A DNA stretch of 64,000 nt, taken from Clostridia bacterium (lineage in GTDB: Bacteria > Bacillota > Clostridia > UMGS1883). Position numbers and translations under genes: made by a program. Position 1 is the first letter of the stretch, and the number at the start of each line of letters is the position of its first letter. The stretch lies in assembly GCA_051866635.1 (NCBI GenBank), contig JBJDXJ010000038.1, forward strand, positions 64,001 through 128,000. The letters run 5' to 3'. The notes under the pieces are model-generated. The model did not search any database and had not been told where the DNA came from. It saw only the letters and a list, made by a program, of their open reading frames with translations. This document shows, piece by piece, positions 10,162 through 18,800 of this stretch.

Positions 10162-11364
10162 ATGGCACTTACATATGAATCCGTTGTTGAAAAAATAAGA
10201 AGAGCGGACACTTACTGGCAGAAAAATTTTGACTTTGTTGACTGGAACGGGGGAGCACATCCTGCTTTTTGGGACAAGGCGGCGTACCACACAGGCAATA
10301 TGGAAGTTTACAAGCTGTTAGGCGATAAAGACCTTTTGCAGTATACAATTGACTGGGCAAATTTCTGCAACTGGAAGGGTAACGATTCAGACGCTGACCC
10401 TTCTGAATGGTTCTGGGAATATAACCAGACACAGGGGTCTGCCGCTGTTATTTTCGGCGACTGGGAAATCTGTTTCCAGGTATATATTGATCTTTACAAT
10501 GCAGGCGTTGATGGTGCAACAATTGACCGAGTAATGTATGTAATAAATCATCAGATTGAAAAGGATGTTGACAACTACTGGTGGTGGGCAGATGCTCTTT
10601 ATATGGTGATGCCTGTTTTCACAAAACTCTATAAATTGACAGAAGATGAAAAGTATCTTGATGCACTTTATAAATATTTCCGCTACGCAAAGGAACTGAT
10701 GTACGACGGCAGGGGCGGCATCCCCACAAATAAGGACGGATATACAACTTCCGCAAGCATTTTGGAAGGTGCAAGTTATTCAGACCCCTCTGATTATAAA
10801 AACCTTTTCTTCCGTGATGCAAACTTTGTTTATCCATTAAAGCCTAATCCCGGTCACGAAAAGGAAAAGAACTTCTGGGCACGTGGCAACGGCTGGGTAT
10901 TTGCCGGACTATGCAAGGTGCTTGCCGATATGCCAAAAACTTATAAGCACTATGATGAGTTCTTGACTACATACAAGGAAATGGCTCCTGCCATAATTGC
11001 TTGTCAGCTTAAGGACGGCGACGGCAACGGCTTCTGGACACAAAGTATGCTCCAAAATTACCCCACAGGCAATAACAATAACGACTATGGCTATGAAACA
11101 AGCGGCACTGCTTTCTTCACATACGGTCTTTTCTGGGGCATTAATAACGGAATATTGGATGAAGAAACTTACACAGACTATGCACTTGCAGGCTGGAAAT
11201 ACCTTTCTGAGGTTGCCCTTCACCCTGATGGCAAGGTAGGCTATGTGCAGTACATCGGTTCTAATGCAACTGAGGCTATGAGCTATGACACAACACAGAA
11301 TTTCGGTGTGGGTGCATTTTTATTGGCAGGATGCGAAGCGGCAAGGTATGCACAGAATAATTAA
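10162..11364 (+). CDS. Stand-alone GH105/Glyco_hydro_88-type hydrolase, no signal peptide
   Basis: IFGDWEICFQ, WWWADALYM, FWARGNGW, ETSGTAFF; collinear paralogue of the C-terminal domain of 4444..9234. Confidence 0.88.
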   Translation: MALTYESVVEKIRRADTYWQKNFDFVDWNGGAHPAFWDKAAYHTGNMEVYKLLGDKDLLQYTIDWANFCNWKGNDSDADPSEWFWEYNQTQGSAAVIFGDWEICFQVYIDLYNAGVDGATIDRVMYVINHQIEKDVDNYWWWADALYMVMPVFTKLYKLTEDEKYLDALYKYFRYAKELMYDGRGGIPTNKDGYTTSASILEGASYSDPSDYKNLFFRDANFVYPLKPNPGHEKEKNFWARGNGWVFAGLCKVLADMPKTYKHYDEFLTTYKEMAPAIIACQLKDGDGNGFWTQSMLQNYPTGNNNNDYGYETSGTAFFTYGLFWGINNGILDEETYTDYALAGWKYLSEVALHPDGKVGYVQYIGSNATEAMSYDTTQNFGVGAFLLAGCEAARYAQNN

Positions 11365-11453
11365 CAGGGCGTAGTTTAATAATTCAGACAAAAGCTATAA
11401 TAGAATAAAAAATACCGGTTGGGCTTAGCCATGGCCACATAAGGAAGTTTTTT

Positions 11454-11490
11454 ATGGAGTAGTTCCAAAATCAAGGAACTACTCCATTTT
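11454..11490 (+). terminator. Intrinsic terminator-like hairpin
   Basis: atggagtagttcc-aaaatcaa-ggaactactccat followed by ttt. Confidence 0.65.
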
Positions 11491-11585
11491 AATTGTTTAT
11501 CCACTGTTTAAAGCAATCATTGACAGCTTTAGGATATATTTTATGACGATGGTAAAATATATAAATAAGAAAGGAAGTTGTTTAA

Positions 11586-12437
11586 ATGAAGTTATTAACT
11601 AATGAGCTAATCCAAAAATTCAAAATTTACTTAACAAATGAAGAAAAAGCCCAGGCAACTATTGATAAATACTTGCGTGATATATACGCATTTATGGCTT
11701 GGCTTTGCGGCAAGGAAGTATGTAAGGAATATGTTTTGCAATATAAAAAAGAAATCTTAGAAAATTATGCTCCTGCAAGTGTGAATTCAATGCTTTCATC
11801 GCTCAATGCGTTTTTTGCTTATAATGAGTGGTATGAACTTAGAGTAAAATCCGTTAAAATTCAAAAGCAAATATTTGCAAGCAAGGACAGAGAACTTACC
11901 AAGACTGAGTATGAAAGACTATTGAATGCGGCGAAGAATAAGAAAAATGAAAGGCTGTATTACCTGATGCAGACTATTTGCAGTACGGGCTTGAGAGTTT
12001 CGGAATTAAAATTCATTACTACAGATGCGGTTCGATGTGGACAAGCAACCATTAACTGCAAAGGAAAAATGAGAATAGTTATCTTACCTAAGCAGCTTTG
12101 CAAAATGCTTACCATTTATGCAAAAGCAAACAATATAAAAAGCGGCTCCGTATTTGTAAGCAAAAACGGGAAGCCGCTTAACAGATCAAATATATGGTCC
12201 GATATGAAAAAACTCTGTGAATCTGCCGGAGTATCTGCTGAGAAAGTATTTCCTCATAATTTGAGACATCTTTTCGCAAGAACTTATTACTCTCTCCAAA
12301 AGGATGTAGTACGACTTGCTGATATTTTAGGTCATTCAAGTGTAAATACTACAAGGATTTATACTATGGAAAGCGGAGAGGTTCACAGAAAGCAAATTCA
12401 AAAATTAGGATTACTCCTGTGTAGCAATAAATTATAA
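11586..12437 (+). CDS. Tyrosine recombinase/integrase (Xer-like, probable invertase)
   Basis: Catalytic set intact: TGLRVSE (R), CKGK (K), HNLRH (HxxR), LGHSS (H), RIYT (Y). Confidence 0.95.
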   Translation: MKLLTNELIQKFKIYLTNEEKAQATIDKYLRDIYAFMAWLCGKEVCKEYVLQYKKEILENYAPASVNSMLSSLNAFFAYNEWYELRVKSVKIQKQIFASKDRELTKTEYERLLNAAKNKKNERLYYLMQTICSTGLRVSELKFITTDAVRCGQATINCKGKMRIVILPKQLCKMLTIYAKANNIKSGSVFVSKNGKPLNRSNIWSDMKKLCESAGVSAEKVFPHNLRHLFARTYYSLQKDVVRLADILGHSSVNTTRIYTMESGEVHRKQIQKLGLLLCSNKL

Positions 12438-12460
12438 CATAATTTGTATTATGTAGTGAC
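12431..12460. repeat. Recombination site 1 (Xer/dif-like): attataacataa-TTTGTA-ttatgtagtgac
   Basis: 12-6-12 layout overlapping the recombinase stop codon; the 18-bp core 12437-12454 is the exact reverse complement of 12690-12707. Confidence 0.85.
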
Positions 12461-12510
12461 ATTGTTGATGTATTCTCATTGTAGGAAGATACACAATATC
12501 AAATTTCACA

Positions 12511-12558
12511 CAAAAACAAGACCAATGATATTAGAAATTATTACATTGGTCTGTTTTT
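12511..12558. terminator. Bidirectional terminator-like hairpin inside the predicted invertible segment
   Basis: aaaaacaagaccaatg ... cattggtctgttttt (one bulge), with A and T runs at the ends. Confidence 0.5.
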
Positions 12559-12622
12559 CGTTGCCTCTTTTTGTTTGAATATCTGAAAAAGATATAAAAT
12601 TATGTAAATTAACTGCAAATTA

Positions 12623-12651
12623 TTGACTTTTATATATTCACATGCTATAAT
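12623..12651 (+). promoter_or_regulatory. Sigma-A promoter within the predicted invertible segment
   Basis: TTGACT-17 bp-TATAAT with TGn extended -10 (catgcTATAAT), facing 12848. Confidence 0.85.
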
Positions 12652-12683
12652 GGTAGCGTATAATTAGGTTTATTGTCTGTGCT

Positions 12684-12713
12684 ATTATAACATAATACAA
12701 ATTATGTAGTGAC
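12684..12713. repeat. Recombination site 2: attataacataa-TACAAA-ttatgtagtgac
   Basis: Arms identical to site 1; spacer is the reverse complement of the site-1 spacer. Confidence 0.85.
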
Positions 12714-12847
12714 TGTCAGCAGATAAAACTATGTATATAATATTAAGAATTCAAAGGGGGTTATGCTATGGAAAGGCTTGATAGCAGTTAGTACCGTATG
12801 ACCATGAAAACTCAACAACTAAAACACTCAGAAAGGAAAATGTAAAC

Positions 12848-15800
12848 ATGAAATCTAAAAAATTTACAGCTTGGATATTGGTCATGGCAATGCTTGTTAC
12901 AATGTTACCAAGCTCGCTTGCCTTAGCGACAGGTGATCATACAACACCGGCACCATATCCGGTAATTGTGACTGATGTATTTAGTGAAATGACTAATGAT
13001 ATCAGTGGTGTGGATAAAGGTACAGATTTAGACTTGACAGGAACAACAAATGATGCACTTCCGACTGTTAATTCAGCAGTTGGAGCGGAGACTGTACTTG
13101 ATGGTGTAGATGGTACAGTATACCATAATGCAGACAGCGAAATTAACAACATGAGAAGAAAACAAATTCTCACATTCGTTGCAAAATCTCAGGATGACAG
13201 CAACTTTATTAACAGCTCTACAAGCACGGGTGTGGCTGAACATGCTGTTGAAATCGCTTATTTGGATACAGACAGAGAACCTTTGGAAATAGATTTAGAC
13301 AGTGAGGAATTTGAGGTTATTGGCAGTGGAGATTGGAGCAACGCATGGATAGATCTTTCTCAAGACGTTCAGCAGACAGACCGTACACTGGAAACATTCC
13401 TTACAAAAGAGCTTGAGGGAATCAATCCCGAACTTTTGACCGCTGCACAGCTTTTTGCAACAGGTGATATGGTATCCTTCATGATTTACAATGTTATCAG
13501 AAGCGATTTTGCCGGTTATTTAAGAATTAAGATTACAGATAACAACGGCAACACCACAGTGCAGGACTATCCTATTGTAGCAGATGGTCAGTATCCCGCT
13601 GTTTCTATCAGCACTTCAACTTACAAAAATCCCGTAGGTGAAAATGTTGAAAATAGTGCAGTAACAACTGTTGCAGAAAATACATTTATTAATGAAATGG
13701 ATTTTGTAACTGTTATGGAAGATACAGAGGAAAACAAAGAAGAAAACGAAACCGATAATATTCATAAAAGCTACAGATGGCATAATCTTGATAAAGATGC
13801 ATTACAGAATGCTTTGAATTGGGAAGACGAAAACTATAAGCCGGAAGATATTTGGGCTATGGGTGATATTTCCATAGACGAAATAAAAATTTCAGACTTA
13901 TTAGTAACTTCCGGAATTGAAAGTGTTAAGTATTCGGTTGCAAATTACGGATTAAAAGAAAATGTAACTCCATCTACATTAGAAGGAACAATTGAACTTA
14001 CATATGATCCGGCAACAAAAACTTGTTCGGCAGGAACACCTATTGTAATCAGTAATGAAGGCTTTAATGTTTTGGCAATTACAGCAGTTGACAATTCAGG
14101 ACTTAAAACAACAAACAGATACTATTTCTACATGGATACTACAGCACCCAAAGCAAAGTTTGACCTTGTAGAATTGGATAAGAACGTTGTTTCCTTATTT
14201 ACTGATGCTGATACAGTAACAAACAGACAGCAAGCTATTGATATGAGTGAATCAGATGATGTAACGGCAAGCGTTGATGTGATTTCCGGGCTTGAAGATG
14301 CAACAGCAGGCGAAACAGAAAATAATAAGATGTATCAGTATCGCTTACTTGCAACAAAAGCAGGTGCAACAGAAGGCGGAAATGTACCTGATGGTTATAC
14401 AGCAACTGTTCTCGACAAAGAAGGAAATGATTTAAGCGGTTGGAAAATTTGGACCGGCGAAACAGAAACCCCTGTTATAGATAAAGAATTTGACGGTATT
14501 GTTCAGGTACGTGTTCAGGACAGAGCAGGTAACTGGTCACCTATCGTTTCAGTAACAAGTGATGGAAAAGAAACAATTATTACAGATAACACTAACCCTG
14601 TAATTGATGTTAAGGAATATGCCCTTGACACCAATGGCGATACAATCGGCAATACAGATGCAGAAATAATTGGCGGCACTGCTACAGATATTTTAATTAC
14701 TTCAGCAAGAGTAACTGAAACAACTGACGGTGAAATTGAAAATGAGGTTATTCATACAATCACAGGTGATGTGGCACCTTGGATTAATGATTCTGCAGTA
14801 TTAGAAGTAAAGATTACTGATGAGGATCTTGCTAATGAAATTCGTTCATCAGGTCTTAAAAAAGGTCAGATTAATGTAACAGCAGAATTTAATGCCGAAA
14901 ATGAAAATAAAAAGGTTAAAATCTGGAACAAAAATGGTGTTGACAAGAAAAATGTTGATGATTCTTTCAACCTTACAGAAGACTACATTTTCGGAACAGA
15001 AACCGACAAGGATTTAACATTCTATATTGAATATGAAGGAACAGGTGTTGTTGATATCACGGTTTCTGTTAAAGACCAGGCAGATGTAAATGATGGCGAT
15101 GTTTTCTCAACAATTTATACAACTCAGCTTAGAGTTGATAAAATCAATCCTTACATTATATATAAGGGATACGATATCACAGATAAAGCCAATGAAGATT
15201 TGTTGAAAGCAAACCATGAAAAAGTTGATTACGAAGTTCGTAATATGCCTTGGGGACCGAACAGCCAGGTTCTTGAAGTTGTTGTGAAAGATGATGATAT
15301 TACTCCGATACAGTCTAAGACTAAAAATATAAGATTTAACGCTGACAAAGAATTAGACTTGTATGAATACGTTGGTGGTGTATTCACAAAGATTAAGACT
15401 TATGCCGCAGGTAATGATAATGTAGTATCACTTAGTGATTGTGAAGAACTTGCTAATGAAAAGTATGAATCCAATGTTGGTTATAAGTTCTATCTTGTAT
15501 ATGAGGGTACAGGCATTGCAAAAGTTGAATTCTTTGCAGATGATTCAGCTACAGCACCCAACGTAAGAGATTATCCTTCTATAGCAACTGCTGCTGAGGC
15601 AGAACCTGTATTATACGATGCAATGCTCCGCGTTGATAAAATTAACCCTGAAATTAAAAACGTAAAACTTGTTGAAACAGATATAGACGTTGAAGATAAA
15701 GGTTGGAGTCTCTTCTCTTTCAACGAAACAAATGTTGAAGTTAATACAAGAAAGCAGATGAAGATAACATTTGAGATTGTTGATGAAAACACAACAACAG

Positions 15801-18800
15801 AACAGTCCGGTGTTAATATTCAGAACGAAAAGATATCAGGCGTAGATTTAATTGATGTATATAAAAATTATGTAGAAAAAGATAAAACACATCTTTATGA
15901 TAATAAGCCTACAACATATACAACAGATGATGTAAATGACAAGGCAGTAGATCCTAACATTGATTATATCCTTCTTCCTGTAGAAGCGGGTTCAATTAAT
16001 GGCACAGGCGGCAATTTTGAAGAAGCTGCATCTGCATCTAATGAAGCTATTGAAGCACTCGTAGCTGAATATCTTGATAAGGTATACAATGCAGATGGTG
16101 ATAAGTGTGAATGGAAGAAAGCATCATGGAAAGATGGCGGAATTGTTGTTCCTGATGAATTCCAGGGTGCAATCGTTATCAGAACAATTGACCGTGTAGG
16201 TAATATTGATTACGCAGAAGCTATCACATTTGTTGCTGAATCAAGAGAAGCATTAATTGACTTTAATCCTCAGAACGGATATATTTGGTCTCAAAACAAT
16301 TATGGTTGGTCAAAACGTGATTACGATTATGTTGAAATTCGAGTAAAAGATGATAACGAAGACAAAGTAGATGCTTGGCTCGAAAATGTGTTTATCAGTG
16401 TGACTGACCTTGAAGGTAACGACATCTCAACAAAGGAAACAGTTAAGTTTGCTCCAAATGATCCTTCATTAAAGATTGATCCTTCTGCATATACTTATGT
16501 TTCTTTAAGTGATTTCACAAATGAAGCTGCATACGGTTATGATGTAATTGATGCATACGGTCTTGTTGAAAAACTTTATCGCGATAGCGAAGGATATATC
16601 CACCTTGGTTATGTAAGAGTAGCTGAAAGTGCTCAGATTAAGGTAACCATTTTCGATAAGGCTAAACATAACGATGTTGAATATACAGGTAATAAGACAA
16701 CAGGTATCTGGACATCAAGAATAGACAGAACAGCACCTACTGTAAATGTTAAGGTTGTTGCAATTCCGGCAAGCGAACACGGTGCTGCTGACAACAATAA
16801 GGTTGTTCTTGGTTTGAAAGCCGATATTATTGATAATGAATCCGGTGTTGCACCTTATATTACTGATGGTACTTACAATGTTTATACTCCTGAAAATGTT
16901 CCCGCATCCGGAGTATTTGCCTCTGATAAATCTTTCTTATATAAAGTAACAAATGATGCAGATGCTGAAGTTGAAAGATTTGATAGTGGAACATTCAACA
17001 CAAGACAGTATGAACTTCCCGGTTTACAGTATGCTTTGATTCCTGAAAATGGCAAATTGGAAAATGTTAAACCGTGGAATTTTGAAACTGATCCTAAAAC
17101 CGTTTATGATGAAAACGGATACAACGGAAACATGGGTGCAACATATGTATGGCATAACTATGTTGATGACAAAACACCTATCCTTCCGGAAGAAGGCTTT
17201 GATGGCTACATTGTTGTAAGAGCTATTGACAAAGCAGGCAATATCACTGTTATTGGTTGTGCTCCCACAATTGATATTGAAGCAGCAGAAGGTTGGCAGA
17301 AAGAAACACAGCTTATCCATGTTAAGGCTTCTCCCAAAACAGGAAATATTACAACTGTAGAATATATGGGTAATAACAATCTTCTTACTCATGATGAAGC
17401 GGGCAATTTGGTAACAAGAAATATTTATGCCGAGGCAATCAGTGGTGCAGGTACATTCATTGAAGTTACAGAAGAAGGTATTACAGATGTTATAATTACA
17501 GCTTCTGAAGAGTATACAGCACAGCAAACAGTTAAGGCAGCTTCCGATGAAAGAAATGCAACTTGGGAAGGCTCCATGATTGTTGGTAATGCTACACCTT
17601 CCGGATATGAAGATTTCAAATTCCAAACTGTTCAGGTGAAGATTGATAAGACAGCTCCTACGTTTGAATTTACATTAGTTGATGCAGCAAATGAAGAAAT
17701 AGTTACTTCTTCTAGAGGATTTGGAATTAAAGTAGCAGACGGTGAGGAAATTGTAGATCCTATTCCTAACTTACCTGATGTTGTCGGTTATCGTTCACAT
17801 ATTTCTTCCGGAATTGCAAAGGTTGAATATTGCGTAGCGAGTGAAGGAATGGAAGAATGGCATGAAGTTGATAAAGCAACATGGGAAACAGGTGTTATTA
17901 AAGCATATGAAGACAATGCAGCTATAACAGGTACTGTTAAAGTTCGTGTTACAGATAATGCCGGTAACGTAACTGAAAAATCCAAGTCTATCAATATTGA
18001 TAGTGCAATACCGATTATCAGCATCTCCAAGTCTTATGATTCAAAATGGAGCAATAAGCCTGTAGAAGTGAAAGTAACAGTTTCTTCAGGTGCAGAATTC
18101 TCTGACATTAGTAGCGTTTATTATACAGTAACCGGTGGAACAGAAGGTGAACTTCCTGTTACAGGCGGTACAATCACAATAGGCCAAGAAGGTGTGTATG
18201 AAGTTAGTGTAAAAGCATTAACAAAGAGCGGAAAATCTCTTGAAGCATGGACAGATGTTCATATTGACTGGACAGCACCTGATTTTGAACTTGAATTAAC
18301 GGATGGCGAGGATGTTCTTGCAGACGGTGCTAAGACAGGAAATGCAGTTACAGTAAATGTTAAGGATATTATTGACAACGTATCCGGAGTTAAGTCTATT
18401 GAATGGTGCAAGGTAGCAGAAGGCTCTGTAAATGAGCAGTGGAATAACATAACATCTGCTAAAACTGCAACAATAGAAAAAGCAGAAGCATTTACAGGAA
18501 CAGTAAAGGTTCGCGTAACAGATGAAGCAGGTAATGTTACTGTTAAGACTCAAAGAGTTATCCATAACGATGACGTGGCTATGCCTGAGTTAGTAGGTGT
18601 TGCCTCCGGTTCTTGGAAGATTGACAACGATACAGTAACAGTTGCATCTTATGCCGACGATAAAGTTAAGGTTCGTTATTCAAATAACGGAGAACCTTGG
18701 ACAGATGTAATTGAAAACTCTATCACGCTTGTTCCCGGAGCTAACCGCATCAGACTTCAGGCCTACAGAGAAGATTGCGGCTGTGAAAGTGATGTAAGAA

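Noticed and set aside
12431-12713. Chromosomal dif site or integron attI/attC array
   Set aside because: There are two copies with inverted spacers around a promoter next to a dedicated recombinase, and no further full sites were seen between downstream genes, so no cassette array is supported.
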